Below are positions 1 to 11,090 of a stretch of 32,000 nucleotides of DNA, one piece after another (the first letter of the stretch is position 1; every line of letters starts with the position of its first letter). The translations under genes and the position numbers were made by a program. Source of the stretch: Phycisphaera mikurensis NBRC 102666 (GTDB taxonomy: Bacteria; Planctomycetota; Phycisphaerae; Phycisphaerales; Phycisphaeraceae); NCBI RefSeq assembly GCF_000284115.1, contig NC_017080.1, positions 1,740,001 to 1,772,000 on the forward strand. Direction: 5' to 3'. The notes beneath the pieces are model-generated. The model worked only from the letters and a program-made list of their open reading frames with translations. It was not told the origin of the DNA and searched no databases.

Positions 1-894
1 CCCGGCGGCGGCGGCGAGATCTTCGGCCCCCACGTGCGGCACCGCATCGGCCCGGGCAAGGCCAGCGGCGCCCAGTGGCTGGACGTGATGGAGACGGCCC
101 ACCGCGTCGGCATGAGGACCTCGGCCACCATGATGTTCGGGCACCTGGAGGGCCGGATGGACCGGATCCAGCACATGGACGCGGTGCGTTCGCGGCAGGA
201 CCGGGCCATCGAGGCGGATCTTCCCGGCCGGTACCTCTCCTTCATCTCGTGGCCGTACCAGCGCGAGAACACGCCGCTGGACCGCCTGCCCGACCACGAC
301 CCGCTCGCGGAGAAGCGCGGCGGCGAGCCCTTCCCCGGTGACGTCCTCGCCGAGGCCGTTGCCCGCGGCGAAGTCGATCCGGAGGACCGCGCGGCCTGCC
401 GCCGCGTCGCGCCCGGAGCCGGCAAGGTCCTGCGGACGGCCGGCGGCACGGAGTACCTCCGCACGCAGGCCGTCTCGCGGCTGTACCTCGACAACATCCA
501 CTCGATCGGCAGCAGCTGGGTGACGATGGGCCCGCGGATCGGGCAGCTCGGCCTCCTGTACGGGGCCAACGACATGGGCAGCGTGATGATGGAGGAAAAC
601 GTCGTCTCGGCCGCCGGCACCACCTACTGCCTGAACGAGGCGACGCTGTGCCGGCTCGTCCGCGACGCCGGGTTCGTGCCCGCCCAGCGGAACAACCGCT
701 ACGAGGTCCTCCAGGAGCACCCCGACACCCCCGACGCCCCCGATCGCAGGATCGACGACTGGTCGACGCAGCGGCCCCGGGCCCAGCGGGCGGCCTTCGA
801 ACCCGGCGTGAAGGCGGAGGCGAAGGACGGGCCGGCCACCGTTCCGCTGACCGTCACCGCCGGGCACGTGCAGGCCGCGCCCGCGCTCGCCTGA
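1..894 (+). CDS. mqnC: Cyclic dehypoxanthinyl futalosine synthase (radical SAM, menaquinone futalosine pathway), C-terminal part; 5' end outside window
   Basis: Frame is open from base 1 (PGGGGEIFGPHVRHRIGPGKASGAQWLDVMETAHRVGMRTSATMMFGHLEG...). MqnC-like blocks include GGGAEI-like, TSATMMFGHLE, SSWVTMGPRIGQLGLLYGANDMGSVMMEENVVSAAG. Confidence 0.88.
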   Translation, partial: PGGGGEIFGPHVRHRIGPGKASGAQWLDVMETAHRVGMRTSATMMFGHLEGRMDRIQHMDAVRSRQDRAIEADLPGRYLSFISWPYQRENTPLDRLPDHDPLAEKRGGEPFPGDVLAEAVARGEVDPEDRAACRRVAPGAGKVLRTAGGTEYLRTQAVSRLYLDNIHSIGSSWVTMGPRIGQLGLLYGANDMGSVMMEENVVSAAGTTYCLNEATLCRLVRDAGFVPAQRNNRYEVLQEHPDTPDAPDRRIDDWSTQRPRAQRAAFEPGVKAEAKDGPATVPLTVTAGHVQAAPALA

Positions 895-948
895 TGCGGT
901 CGAGGGCCACCCGCGCCGCGTTTGGGGAGGCGGATTCCGCCCACCACC

Positions 949-994
949 CCGCGGACCGCCGCCGCCCAGCACCCGAACGACCGGCGGTCCGCGG
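949..994. repeat. 46-bp dyad element, copy a: ccgcggaccg-N26-cggtccgcgg
   Basis: Left arm 949-958 and right arm 985-994, perfect inverted repeats. The stem extends to 13 bp (949-961/982-994). Lies just downstream of mqnC. Confidence 0.85.
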
Positions 995-1386
995 CCACCC
1001 GCTCCGCCGCGTGCCGCTCGCTGCATGGGACTTCCGCCGCCACGCCGCCGCCGCCACCGCCGCCTCGGGCACCGACCCCTTCACGCGGGGAGGCCCGTCC
1101 GCCTGCGTGCCCACCGGCCGCGGCGCGGGCTTCGCATGCCGTCGATTCCGCTCTACGCCCGCCGCAGCGTTGCCGTTCCGGCCAGCGGCCGGGCGTTGGT
1201 GCTCCGCCGACACCGCCTCGAGAAGGATCGGCTGAGGGGCGCACCGGCGTAAGCGGCAGGCCGCGCTCGGGACACGCCCTGCACCCGCGGCGGCGTTTCG
1301 CGATGCTCGGGAACCCCGGCGGCACCCGCGTCGTCCAACCCGCGATCCGGAGACCCGCTCCGGCCCGCGCCCGCCCGAACCGAACC

Positions 1387-3408
1387 ATGCACCCCTGCTC
1401 CGCCCTCCGCTTCGCCGTCGCCCTCGCCCTTCCCGCCCTCTCCCTCCACGCCGAGCCCGCCGACCTGCCGCTGGATGCCATCACGCTGTACTCCAGCGGG
1501 GTCGGGCACTACCGCCACGCGGGCGCGGTGCCGGCCGGCGGCGAGGTGACGCTGAACCTCGACGCGGAGGAGCTCAACGACGCGCTGAAGAGCCTCACCG
1601 TCGGCGGGCTCGGCGGCAGCGGCGGGGTCAGCGTGAGCTACCCCGGGCAGGCGGGCGTCGATCAGCGGCTGGCCGCCTTCGGCGTGGACGTCCGCGGCGT
1701 CGGCAGCCGGGCGGCGCTGCTGGATCGGCTCCGGGGCGTGCCGGTGACGGTCACCCTCGGCACCGGCGAGGCCCGCTCCGGCCGCGTGCTGGCGGTCGAA
1801 GAGCGCGAGGTGAGCGGCGGCGACGAGACGCCGGCGACCTCCCGACGCGTGCTCACGCTGGTGAGCGGCTCGGGCATCGTCGACGTCGACCTCGAGAAAG
1901 TCGGCGGGCTGACCATCGAGGACGAGCGGCTGGCCGGCGAGCTGAAGGCAGCGCTGGAGCTGCTCGCGTCGCAGCGCGACACCCGCACCAAGCCGCTGAC
2001 GCTCACCTTCGCCGACGCGGCGGAGGACGCGCGGGTCTCCTACCTCGCCCGGGCCCCGCTGTGGAAGCTGTCCTACCGGCTGGACCTCTCCGGCGACGAC
2101 CCGCTGCTGCAGGGCTGGGCCATCGTCGACAACCCCAGCGACCGCGACTGGGACGCGGTGGGCGTGACGCTGGTCTCCGGCCGGCCGATGAGCTTCGTGC
2201 AGGACCTCTACACCCCGGCGTACCTGGAGCGGCCGGTGGTCGAGCCGGAACGCTTCGCGGGGCTGGAGCCCGAGGAGCACGGCCAGGGCTCCGCCGAAGG
2301 CTTCGCGGGGGCGGAGATGGACGCGATGGCGGTGCCGGAGACCGCGCCGATGGAGCCGGCCCTCCTGGAGCGATCGCGCGTCTCGCCGTCGCGTCGGGCG
2401 CCGGCGGCCGCGGGCCTGGAGAGCCTTGCGCCGGCCGCCGAGGCCGCCGATCTCGGGCAGCTGTTCGCGTACACCCTCGCCGAGCCGGTCACGCTCGCCC
2501 GCGGCGCGTCCGCCATGCTCCCGGTCCTGGACGCCGCCATCGAGGCCGAGGCGGTGTCGGTCTTCAACGCGGGCGTGCTGGAGGCGCACCCGCTCCGCGG
2601 CGTCCGCCTGAAGAACACCACCGAGCTCAAGCTCGACGCGGGCCCTGTCACCGTGCTCGACGGCGGCGCCTACGCCGGCGACGCCCGGCTGGGCTTCCTC
2701 GCCCCCGGCGACGACCGGCTGATCACCTACGCGGTGGACCTGGAGGTGACGGCGACGAGCAACGAGCGCTCCGACTCCACCCGGGTCGGCGCTTCCTTCG
2801 ACCGCGGCGTGCTCGTGCTCCGGGTGCGCGACGTGCTCGAGCACCGGGTCGGCTTCCGCAACGCCGCCGGCGACGCCCGCAAGGTGCTGGTCGAGGTCCG
2901 ACGCGAGCCCAACTTCGAGTGGGCGGAGCCGGCCGGCGACGTCGAGACGCTGATCGATCGGTACCGCTTCCCGCTGGCGGTCCCCGCGGGCGGCGACGCC
3001 GAGGCCGTCGCGAGACAGGTGCGGACCCGCAGCGAGCGGGTTTCGCTGGTCGGCCTCGACGGCGAGCGTCTCGACCGGCTCGCGCTCGGTGGCGGCGTCG
3101 AGCCCGCCGTCGCGGAGAAGCTGGAGGAAGCCGCGGCCCTGCGTCGGGTGCTCTCGGAGGCGGAGCGCGCCGTCGAAGCCGCCGACGCCGAGCGGCAGCG
3201 CATCGCGGAGGAGCAGGAGCGCATCCGCGAGAACCTCCGCCCGCTGGACCGCGACAGCGCCCTCCGCCAGCGCTACGTCGACATCCTCGACCGGCAGGAA
3301 GATCGCCTGGCCGCGCTCGTGGACGAGCGGGCGGCGGCGGCGGCGGCCGTGGAGGAGGCGCGGGACGCGTTCCTGCGGTTCGTCGCCGGGCTCGGCGGTT
3401 CGCGCTGA
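1387..3408 (+). CDS. Secreted DUF4139-like protein
   Basis: Internal ATG of ORF 922..3408 starts MHPCSALRFAVALALPALSLHAEPADLPLDAITLYSSGVGHYRHAG (signal peptide, then the 'YSSGVG' start typical of this group). C-terminal coiled region RVLSEAERAVEAADAERQRIAEEQERIREN. Confidence 0.75.
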   Translation: MHPCSALRFAVALALPALSLHAEPADLPLDAITLYSSGVGHYRHAGAVPAGGEVTLNLDAEELNDALKSLTVGGLGGSGGVSVSYPGQAGVDQRLAAFGVDVRGVGSRAALLDRLRGVPVTVTLGTGEARSGRVLAVEEREVSGGDETPATSRRVLTLVSGSGIVDVDLEKVGGLTIEDERLAGELKAALELLASQRDTRTKPLTLTFADAAEDARVSYLARAPLWKLSYRLDLSGDDPLLQGWAIVDNPSDRDWDAVGVTLVSGRPMSFVQDLYTPAYLERPVVEPERFAGLEPEEHGQGSAEGFAGAEMDAMAVPETAPMEPALLERSRVSPSRRAPAAAGLESLAPAAEAADLGQLFAYTLAEPVTLARGASAMLPVLDAAIEAEAVSVFNAGVLEAHPLRGVRLKNTTELKLDAGPVTVLDGGAYAGDARLGFLAPGDDRLITYAVDLEVTATSNERSDSTRVGASFDRGVLVLRVRDVLEHRVGFRNAAGDARKVLVEVRREPNFEWAEPAGDVETLIDRYRFPLAVPAGGDAEAVARQVRTRSERVSLVGLDGERLDRLALGGGVEPAVAEKLEEAAALRRVLSEAERAVEAADAERQRIAEEQERIRENLRPLDRDSALRQRYVDILDRQEDRLAALVDERAAAAAAVEEARDAFLRFVAGLGGSR

Positions 3409-3544
3409 GCCCCGCCGGGGATCCGCTCCGCCCGGCGCCCGGGGGCATCCGCCGGGTCTTCCGCACCTCCGCGGCATCGCGTGCGACCGGTGCCGCCGGT
3501 AGGCGCTCCTTCGTGCCCGGTGCCGCGGGGCGTTCCGGGGTTGG

Positions 3545-3565
3545 GCGTCCTCCCAGGGAGGACGC
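3545..3565. terminator. Candidate hairpin between convergent genes
   Basis: gcgtcctccc-a-gggaggacgc, perfect 10-bp inverted repeat. It is 3 nt beyond the stop of the minus-strand aldo/keto reductase gene and downstream of the plus-strand gene. There is no clear T tract. Confidence 0.4.
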
Positions 3566-3568
3566 GCT

Positions 3569-4615
3569 TCAGGCGTCCTTCTTGTAGTACTCGATCTGCC
3601 GCCCGGCCTGGTCGGCGCACGCCGCCAGCAGCTCGTCCGCCCGCGCCGCGGTCATGCCGCCGAAGCCGCTCGCCGCCGCGAGGTTCTGCCGCAGCTCCAC
3701 CGCGTCCTCCATCCCGCTGATGAGCGACGCAACCGGCAGCGACCAGACGTAGCCGAAGGCGTCCTCCAGGCTCACCCGCTGCGGGATCACCGCGACCGGC
3801 GGCGGCGAGTTCTTGCCCCAGCTCTTGTCCACACCGGTGAGGTTCCCGCCGGCGAGCGTCTTCATCGCGAGCACGCCGTAGCCGTGCTCGACCAGCCGCG
3901 GCAGCACCGTCTCGGTGTACGAGAGGTAGCCCGGCTCGATCACGTTCATCGGCATCTGCGCCGCGTCGAGGTGCGTGCCGAGGCCGTCGAGCCGGTCGAG
4001 CATCCGGTGGAAGGCGGCCGGGTCGCGGTGGCCGGTGAAGCCGATGTGCCGGATCTTCCCCTCGTCGCGGGCCTTCATCAGCTCGTCGAGCACGCCGTTG
4101 TCCAAGCGCTCGTCGACGTCGCCGACGCTCTCGAGGGAGTGGATCTGGTACAGGTCGATCACGTCGACGCCGAGGCGCTTCAGGCTGCCGTCGAGCTGCT
4201 TCCGCGTGCCTCTCGCGTCCTTCGCGTTCACCTTCGACATGAGGTAGAGCACGTCGCGGTGCTTCGGCACGAGGAGCTCGCCGAAGCGCTGCTCGCTGCC
4301 GCCGTTCTGGTAGGAAACGGCCGTGTCGATGAAGCGGATGCCCCCGGCCATCGCCTCCTCGATCAGCGCCTCGGCGTCGCGTTCGGAGCCGATGGCGCCG
4401 ACGTGGTAACCGCCGAGGCCCAGCACCGTCACCCGCTCGCCGGTCCGGCCGAGCGGGCGGGTCGGCAGCAACTCGCCCACGCGGTCGCGGGCGGGGGCCG
4501 AGGGGGCCGAGCCCGCGGCGGAGGAGGAGGATCCCTCCGCTCCCGCGGCGAGCGGCAGGCCCGCGGCGGCGGCAACGGCGGAAAGACGCTTGAGCAGGTC
4601 GCGGCGTGGCAGCAT
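3569..4615 (-). CDS. Aldo/keto reductase with N-terminal Tat-like signal
   Basis: [26 protein letters not shown] followed by [47 protein letters not shown] and [10 protein letters not shown] motifs. Confidence 0.85.
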   Translation of the reverse strand: MLPRRDLLKRLSAVAAAAGLPLAAGAEGSSSSAAGSAPSAPARDRVGELLPTRPLGRTGERVTVLGLGGYHVGAIGSERDAEALIEEAMAGGIRFIDTAVSYQNGGSEQRFGELLVPKHRDVLYLMSKVNAKDARGTRKQLDGSLKRLGVDVIDLYQIHSLESVGDVDERLDNGVLDELMKARDEGKIRHIGFTGHRDPAAFHRMLDRLDGLGTHLDAAQMPMNVIEPGYLSYTETVLPRLVEHGYGVLAMKTLAGGNLTGVDKSWGKNSPPPVAVIPQRVSLEDAFGYVWSLPVASLISGMEDAVELRQNLAAASGFGGMTAARADELLAACADQAGRQIEYYKKDA

Positions 4616-4667
4616 GCAAGAGCTTACGGCCCGCCGCTTCCTCCGCGCCGCGGAGCGACCCGGCGGC

Positions 4668-6332
4668 TCAGCGCGCCGCGTCCCCGCCGGCCTCCACGCC
4701 GATGCCGCGGCGTTGGAGCAGGCTGCCCTCGGCGAGCTGGAGGTCGATGAGGGCGAGGCGGTGCTCGGTGCGGCTGGTGACGACGGCGATCTCGGCGGCG
4801 AGCAGGTCGCGGCCGGCGAGGGCGGCGTCGAGGCTGGTGGCCTCGCCCGCCTCGAAACGCTGGCGCTCGCCGGCGGCGACGCTGCGCTGGAAGGCGAGGG
4901 TGGCGCGGCTGGCCGCGATCTGCTGACGGGCACGCTCGAGCTCGACGGCGGCGCGGCGGACCTCCAGCCGAACGAGCTGCACGAGGTTCGCCACGGCGGC
5001 GGCCGACTGGGCCCGCGTGGCGGAGGCGGCGCGGTCGAAGCCCTCGGCACGCTCGTTGCCGAGCGGGGCGACGAAGCGGAAGCCGGTGGCGAGGTCGTAG
5101 CTCTCCGAATCCAGGTCGTCGAAGCTGCCGGCGAAGGTGTCGTCGAAGCCGGCCTTGCCCAGGTCCAGGAAGACCTCCAGCCGCGGCAGCAGGCCGTTGC
5201 GGGTGAGCACGGTCTCCAGCCGGTCCTGCTCCAGCCGGACGCGGGCCTCGAGCAGCTCGGGCCGGACGCGGGTGGCGAGGGCGACGCGCTCCTCGAGGTC
5301 GTCCACGGGCGGCGGGTCGGCGCCGAAGGCGTCGTCGCCGGGCGCCTCGGTGGCGACGGGGCGGGTGAGCCAGTCGGCGTCGGCGGGCCCGTCGAGGTCG
5401 CCGGTGGGGCCCCCCAGCAGGCGCAGCAGCGCGAGCCGACGGGCCTCGCGGAGGCTGCGCGCGTCGATGAGGTCCTGCCGGCGGAGCGCCGCCTCGGCCT
5501 CGGCGGCGGCGCCGGCGTTGGGCGCGAGGGCCCCGGCGGCGATGCGGCGCCGCGCGGCCTCGCTCTGCTGCTCGGCGAGCTCCAGGGCGCGTTCGAAGAG
5601 GGCGAGCCGCTGCCCGGCGAGGCGGTAGAGCCACCAGGCCCGCTCGGCGTCGGCGAGCAGCCGCTGCACGAAGCCGCGCAGCTCGTGCCGGCTGGCGTCG
5701 ACGTCGAGCCCGGCCTGCCGCAGACGCACGAGGTTGGCCGCCGGGCCGGCGCCGCGCAGCAGCTGCTGGGTGACGGTCAGCCCCAGCCGCGCGTCCTGCT
5801 GCTCGGGCGCCCGGTCGGAGCTGCTGCGCTGCTGGTCGACCGAGAGCTCCACCTCGGTGCCGGTGGGCAGCAGCTGCCGCAGGCCCGCGACGGTGCGGAG
5901 GTCGTCGCCGTCGACGCTGAAGCGTTCGCCGGTGGCCCGGCTGGTCTCGGTGATGGAACGCTCCTGGTAGGTCAGCTCGGCGAAGGCCTCCGGGTCGAAT
6001 ACGCCCCGCTGCACGCGCTGCAGCGCCGCGGCGATGGCGGGGCTCTGGGCGCTCACCGCCAGCTCGCGGTTGGCCGCGAGCGTCATGAGCAGCGTCCGCC
6101 CGAGCGTCAGCCGCAGCTCGCCGCTCCCGCCGATCCGGACCGCTTCCGCTTCCCCGGCCGCGAAGCCGACGGCGGGCGCCTCCGCCGCGGCGTCCTCGGC
6201 CGCGTCGGCAACCGCTTCACGCGTCGCCTCGGGCCAGTCCACGCCCAACAGCGGCGACCGCTCGGGCGCCAGGCAGCCGGTCAGCGCGAGGCACCCGAGA
6301 GACGCCAAGATCCACGGCACCCCGCTCCTCAC
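4668..6332 (-). CDS. TolC-family outer membrane efflux lipoprotein/channel
   Basis: GTG start, [20 protein letters not shown] (lipobox-like), then [31 protein letters not shown] and [32 protein letters not shown]. Confidence 0.83.
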   Translation of the reverse strand: MRSGVPWILASLGCLALTGCLAPERSPLLGVDWPEATREAVADAAEDAAAEAPAVGFAAGEAEAVRIGGSGELRLTLGRTLLMTLAANRELAVSAQSPAIAAALQRVQRGVFDPEAFAELTYQERSITETSRATGERFSVDGDDLRTVAGLRQLLPTGTEVELSVDQQRSSSDRAPEQQDARLGLTVTQQLLRGAGPAANLVRLRQAGLDVDASRHELRGFVQRLLADAERAWWLYRLAGQRLALFERALELAEQQSEAARRRIAAGALAPNAGAAAEAEAALRRQDLIDARSLREARRLALLRLLGGPTGDLDGPADADWLTRPVATEAPGDDAFGADPPPVDDLEERVALATRVRPELLEARVRLEQDRLETVLTRNGLLPRLEVFLDLGKAGFDDTFAGSFDDLDSESYDLATGFRFVAPLGNERAEGFDRAASATRAQSAAAVANLVQLVRLEVRRAAVELERARQQIAASRATLAFQRSVAAGERQRFEAGEATSLDAALAGRDLLAAEIAVVTSRTEHRLALIDLQLAEGSLLQRRGIGVEAGGDAAR

Positions 6333-9300
6333 GCCGCCACCGCCGCGGACCGTGGCGCGAACGGGCGGTTCTGCCCCGCGGTCCGCGGATCCGCCCCGCG
6401 GTGGACCAGCGAGTACACCGCGGGGATCAGCACCAGCGTGATCAGCGTGGAGGCGATCAGCCCGCCGAGCACGGCCCGGGCCAGGGGGGCCTGGGCGTCG
6501 GCTCCTTCGCCGATGCCCAGCGCCAGCGGGAAGAGCCCCAGCACCGTGGTGAGCGTGGTCATCAGGATCGGCCGCAGCCGCCGCCGCCCGGCCTCGATCA
6601 CCGCGGCGTCGGTGCCCAGCGGGGCTTCGCCGCCCTCGCCGGCCCGCAGCTGCCGCGCCTGGTCCACCAGCAGGATGGCGTTGTTCACGACGATGCCGCC
6701 GAGCATGATGCAGCCGATGTAGCTCTGCAGGTTCAGCGTCGTGGACGTCAGGTACAGCGTCACCAGCACGCCCACCGCCGCGACGGGAACGGCGAGCATC
6801 ACCACGACGGGATCGCGCAGCGACTCGTACTGGCTGGCGAGCACCATGTAGACGAGCACCAGCGACAGCACGATGCTCACGAGCAGCTCGCGGAAGGCCT
6901 TCTTCTGCTCCTCGAGGCTGCCGGCGACGCCGAGTTCGTAGCCGGGCGGACGAGCGATGGTGGCGAGCCCGGCCTCGATGTCCGCGGCGATGGAGCCCAG
7001 GTCGCGGCCGCTGGTGTTCGCCCGGATCGTGGAGACGCGGCGCCCCTCCTCGTGGTCGATCTCCTCGGGGGCGAGGCCGTCGACGACGTCGAGCACGCTG
7101 CGCAGCGGGACGCGGTCGCTGCCGGCGCCGGCCACCGTCACCTGCAGATCCAGCAGCTCCTCGACCGGGAGCGAGCGGGCGTCGGCGAGGCGGACGCGGA
7201 TGGGGTAGCTGTCGCCGCCGCGGCGGAAGTCTCCGGCCTGCCGTCCCGCCACGGCGAGCTCGACGGTGCGGGCGAGGTCGACGACCTCCAGCCCCAGGTC
7301 CGCGGCCTTGTCGCGGTTGATCACCAGCTGCTTCTCGGGCGTCCCGACGCCGTCGGGCACGTTGACCCAGGTGACGCCGTCGACGCCCTGGACGACTTCC
7401 TCGGCGGCGAGCGTCAGCCGGCGCAGCTCGTCGAGGTCGGACCCGCGGATCTTCACCTCCAGCCGGCTGGCGTTGCCGCCGCCGAGCAGCCGCTGCAGCA
7501 GCCAGTCGCCCTGGGGCCCGTTGGCCCAGACGTCGCCGCCGGGGACGGTGCCGCGGATCACCCTCCGCAGCTCCTGGGCGACCTCCTGATTCGAGAGCTC
7601 GCGCTCGCTCGCGGGCGGGAGCTTCATCTCGATGCGGGCGCGGCCCGGGGAGGTCTCGACCATCTTGGCGGGGATGCCTGGCAGCGCCTCGTCGACGAGC
7701 TCCTCGAGCAGGCGGCTCTGCCGGTCGGTCAATTCCAGCGTGGTGCCGCTGGCGAAGTTGACGCCGGCCTGCACGCGGCCCTCGTCGGTGGGGGGCAGCA
7801 GCTCGGTGCCGATCAGCGGGAAGAGCAGCAGCGACAGGCCCAGGAGCGAGAACGCCGCGGCGACCGTGAGCCCGCGGAAGCGGAGCACGCGGCGGAGCAG
7901 CCGGCCGTAGGCGAGGCCCATGCGGTGGAGCCCGCCGCCGATGGCGGACGAGCCGCGGTCGACGATCCGCCGGAAGCCGGAGCGGGGCGGGGTCGCGTGC
8001 GGGTCGCCGGCGGCGTCGGCCGCGCTTGCCCCGCCGGCCCCGCCGCGGCCTCGCCGCGCGAGGAACTGCGAGGCGAGCACGGGCACCAGCGTGAGCGACA
8101 CGACCAGCGAGGCGAGCAGCGAGAACGCCACCACGTAGCCCAGCTGCCGGAACATGGTGCCCGCCGAGCCGTCGACGAAGACCAGCGGCAGGAAGATGAC
8201 CAGCGTGGTGACGGTGCTCGCGAGGATGGCCGGGCCGACCTCGGCGGCGCCGCGGATCGCGGCGGTCTTGCCGTCCTCGCGCTCCTCGTCCCGCCGCCGC
8301 GCGATGTTCTCGATCACGACGATCGAGCTGTCGACCATCATCCCCACGCCCAGCGCGAGCCCGCCGAGCGTCATGAGGTTCAGCGTCAGCCCGCCGCCGT
8401 TCATCAGCGCGAAGGTGGCGACGATGGCGATGGGGATCGCGATGGCGATGACCAGCGTCGAGCGGACGCTGCGGAGGAACACGAGCAGCACCAGCACCGC
8501 GAGCGAGCCGCCGTACAGGACCGAGCGGGCGACGTTGTCGATGCTCCGGTCGATGAAGCCGCCCTGGTCGGAGAGCGGCACGAAGCGGAGCTGCGGGAAG
8601 TCGGCCCGCAGCTCTTCGAGCTCCGCGAGCACGGCGTCGGCGACGTCCACGGTGTTGGCGTCGGCCTGCTTGTTGATGGCGATCCGCACGCCCGTGTCGC
8701 CGTCGATGCGGATGCCGCGGTCGCGGCGACGCGGCTGGAAGTCGACCTCGGCGATCTCGCCGAGCGTGACGACGCCGGAGGTCGCGTCGTCCCCGGGGGT
8801 CGCGACGACGAGGCGGCGCAGCTCGTCGATGCTCTTGAAGCCCGCGGGCGCCCGCAGGCCCACCGTGGCTTTGCCCTCGTCCAGCTCGCCGGCGGGGAGG
8901 TCCACGTTCGCGTCGCGGATCGTCTGCAGGAGGCCGTCGAGCGGGAGCTGGAGCGCCTTGACCTTTGCGGGGTCGAGGTCGACGTTGACCTCCCGGGCGG
9001 TGTCGCCCCAGATCTCCGCGTCCGCCACCCCCGGCACGCGGACCAGGCGGTCCTTGAGGGTTTCGATCGCGAGGTCCGAGAGCTCCAGCAGGTTCATCGG
9101 CCCGGAGACGCCGATGAGCACCACCGGGGAGGCGTTCACGTCCCACGTGTCGACGCGCGGCCGCGTCGCTTCGTCGGGGAAGCGGTTGGCGCCCTCGTCG
9201 AGCCGGGCCTTCACCGAGTCGGCGGCTTCGTCGATGCCCACCGACGGGCTGAAGCGGAGCCGCACCTGGCTGCGGCCCCGGCCCGACTCGCTGCTCATCC

Positions 9301-9535
9301 ACTCGATGCCCGGAGCGCTCTTGACCAGCTCCTCCACGGCGTCGGTCACCTGCGACTCGACCACCTCGGGCGCCGCACCGGACCAGTTGACGCGCACGGT
9401 GACCCAGGGCATCTCGATCTCCGGCAGGAGATCGGTGCGGAGGTTGGCCAGCGACATCCCGCCGAGGACGCCGACGATGAGCGTGAGCATGGCGGTGAGC
9501 ACCGGCCGGCGGACGCAGAAGGCGGGCAGGTTCAC
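6329..9535 (-). CDS. RND-family efflux permease (AcrB/HAE1-like)
   Basis: [68 protein letters not shown] and [24 protein letters not shown] start overlaps the upstream MFP stop. Confidence 0.92.
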   Translation of the reverse strand: MNLPAFCVRRPVLTAMLTLIVGVLGGMSLANLRTDLLPEIEMPWVTVRVNWSGAAPEVVESQVTDAVEELVKSAPGIEWMSSESGRGRSQVRLRFSPSVGIDEAADSVKARLDEGANRFPDEATRPRVDTWDVNASPVVLIGVSGPMNLLELSDLAIETLKDRLVRVPGVADAEIWGDTAREVNVDLDPAKVKALQLPLDGLLQTIRDANVDLPAGELDEGKATVGLRAPAGFKSIDELRRLVVATPGDDATSGVVTLGEIAEVDFQPRRRDRGIRIDGDTGVRIAINKQADANTVDVADAVLAELEELRADFPQLRFVPLSDQGGFIDRSIDNVARSVLYGGSLAVLVLLVFLRSVRSTLVIAIAIPIAIVATFALMNGGGLTLNLMTLGGLALGVGMMVDSSIVVIENIARRRDEEREDGKTAAIRGAAEVGPAILASTVTTLVIFLPLVFVDGSAGTMFRQLGYVVAFSLLASLVVSLTLVPVLASQFLARRGRGGAGGASAADAAGDPHATPPRSGFRRIVDRGSSAIGGGLHRMGLAYGRLLRRVLRFRGLTVAAAFSLLGLSLLLFPLIGTELLPPTDEGRVQAGVNFASGTTLELTDRQSRLLEELVDEALPGIPAKMVETSPGRARIEMKLPPASERELSNQEVAQELRRVIRGTVPGGDVWANGPQGDWLLQRLLGGGNASRLEVKIRGSDLDELRRLTLAAEEVVQGVDGVTWVNVPDGVGTPEKQLVINRDKAADLGLEVVDLARTVELAVAGRQAGDFRRGGDSYPIRVRLADARSLPVEELLDLQVTVAGAGSDRVPLRSVLDVVDGLAPEEIDHEEGRRVSTIRANTSGRDLGSIAADIEAGLATIARPPGYELGVAGSLEEQKKAFRELLVSIVLSLVLVYMVLASQYESLRDPVVVMLAVPVAAVGVLVTLYLTSTTLNLQSYIGCIMLGGIVVNNAILLVDQARQLRAGEGGEAPLGTDAAVIEAGRRRLRPILMTTLTTVLGLFPLALGIGEGADAQAPLARAVLGGLIASTLITLVLIPAVYSLVHRGADPRTAGQNRPFAPRSAAVAA
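6343..6388. repeat. 46-bp dyad element, copy e: ccgcggaccg-N26-cggtccgcgg
   Basis: Left arm 6343-6352, right arm 6379-6388, perfect. Overlaps the C-terminal codons of the RND permease and lies 11 nt upstream of the TolC-like start. Confidence 0.85.
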
Positions 9536-10881
9536 GCGTTGCGGCCGGCGGGTCCGGCTTCCTCGGGCAGGACCAGCGGGGCGACGGCCTCGCCCCGGGA
9601 CCGGGCCGGGTTGACCACCTGCCCGTCCTCGAGCAGCTGCTGCCCCAGCACGACCACCTCGCTGCCGCCGGGCAGCGGCGGCGAGAGCACCTGCACGCGG
9701 TCGCCGGCGGTCATGCCGAGCTCGACGGCGACCCGCTCCACCGCGGCGACGCCCGGGGGCAGCACGAAGACGATGTTCTCGTCGTCGCGCCGCGTGACGG
9801 CGTCGCGCGGCACCGAGACGGCGTCGTCGAGCGCCTCGAGGTCGGTGGTCAGGCGGACGAACATGCCCGGCCGCAGCAGGCCGTCGGGGTTGGCGACGTC
9901 GACCTCGACGCGGGCCTGCCGCGACGACTCCGAGAAAGAGGGGGCGAGGCGGTCGACCGCGGCGGCGAAGCGGCGGCCGGGGTACGCGTCGGTGGTCAGC
10001 TCGACCGGCTGCCCGGTGGAGAGGCCCGCGTGATCGGCCTGGGTGGCGCTGAACACGGCCCGCAGCGGGTCCAGCTGGACGAGGCGGACCAGCGGGTCGC
10101 CGGGGGAGACCGAGTCGCCCTCCTGCACGGTGACCGCGGCGACGCGGCGGGTGGCTCCCGCCCCGCCGAAGCGGGCCCGGACGGTGGCGTAGGAGCGGCG
10201 GATGCGGGCCGCGGCCGCTTCGGCTTCGGCGGACAGCCGCTGCGCCTCGGCGACCTCCACGGCCGCGGCCGCGGCGAGGCGGCGGGCCTCGGCGGTGTCG
10301 GCCTCGGCCTCGCTGGTCAGGCCCTCCTCCCGCAGCTGCCGAACGCGGGCGACGGTGCGCTCGGCGATCGTCTCGGCGGCGGTGGCCTCCGAGGCGTTGG
10401 CCTTCGCCACCGCGAGCCGGGCTTCGGCCGCCAGGGCCGCCTGCTCCAGCTCCTCGGGGTCGAGCTGGACCAGGGGCTGCCCGGGCTGGACCACGTCGCC
10501 GAGCCGCACGCCGACCGAGGTCACGCGTCCGCCCACCAGGGCCGAGGCCTCGAGCACCGCCGGGGAGACGAGTGTGCCGCTGAAGCCGCGGGTGCGCACC
10601 AGCGGCCCGACCTCCACCGGCGCCACGATGACCGCCGGCGCGACCGGCGCGTCGTCCTCGTCGGCGGGATCGGGCAGGAAGATCCCGGAGGTGCCCGAGA
10701 GGACGACCAGCGAGAGCCAAAGCAGAAGCGGCACGCCCAGGAGCAACGCGACGACGCGGCGCGGGGGCGTGGCGGCGGCCGCCCGGTCGGCCCGCGCCGG
10801 CGGCGCCGGCGCGGGCGTCCGCGGCGGGGCATCGGGCAGGGGTGGGGTTTCGGCGGGCGGATCGGCCGTGAGCGGCGGCAT
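9532..10881 (-). CDS. RND efflux periplasmic adaptor (membrane fusion protein)
   Basis: MPPLTADPPAET... TM segment VVALLLGVPLLLWLSLVVL, then GFSGTLVSPAVLEASALVGGRVTSVGVRLGDVVQPGQPLVQLDPEEL and the coiled hairpin ARLAVAKANASEATAAE. Stop overlaps the permease start. Confidence 0.88.
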   Translation of the reverse strand: MPPLTADPPAETPPLPDAPPRTPAPAPPARADRAAAATPPRRVVALLLGVPLLLWLSLVVLSGTSGIFLPDPADEDDAPVAPAVIVAPVEVGPLVRTRGFSGTLVSPAVLEASALVGGRVTSVGVRLGDVVQPGQPLVQLDPEELEQAALAAEARLAVAKANASEATAAETIAERTVARVRQLREEGLTSEAEADTAEARRLAAAAAVEVAEAQRLSAEAEAAAARIRRSYATVRARFGGAGATRRVAAVTVQEGDSVSPGDPLVRLVQLDPLRAVFSATQADHAGLSTGQPVELTTDAYPGRRFAAAVDRLAPSFSESSRQARVEVDVANPDGLLRPGMFVRLTTDLEALDDAVSVPRDAVTRRDDENIVFVLPPGVAAVERVAVELGMTAGDRVQVLSPPLPGGSEVVVLGQQLLEDGQVVNPARSRGEAVAPLVLPEEAGPAGRNA

Positions 10882-11090
10882 CGGGGCGAGGGTAGGGCCG
10901 TCCCGCGGCCACAGATCGCGGCCCGAGGGGTTCCGCGGGTCGAGCCGCCATCGGGTGTCCTCGCGCGCGGATGCGTCCGCCCGCGTCCGACGGTGAGCGT
11001 CGGGACCGGCCACGAGCGGTCGGCAGCGGAACCCGACGGCCGGGCCGGAGGCCCCTAGCTTCACAGGGTCCGCCGCTCCCCGAGCCTCCC

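Noticed and set aside
922-1386. N-terminal 155-residue extension of the DUF4139-like ORF
   Set aside because: The sequence is low complexity and a clear signal peptide starts at ATG 1387. The extension is most likely open by composition and overlaps dyad copy a.
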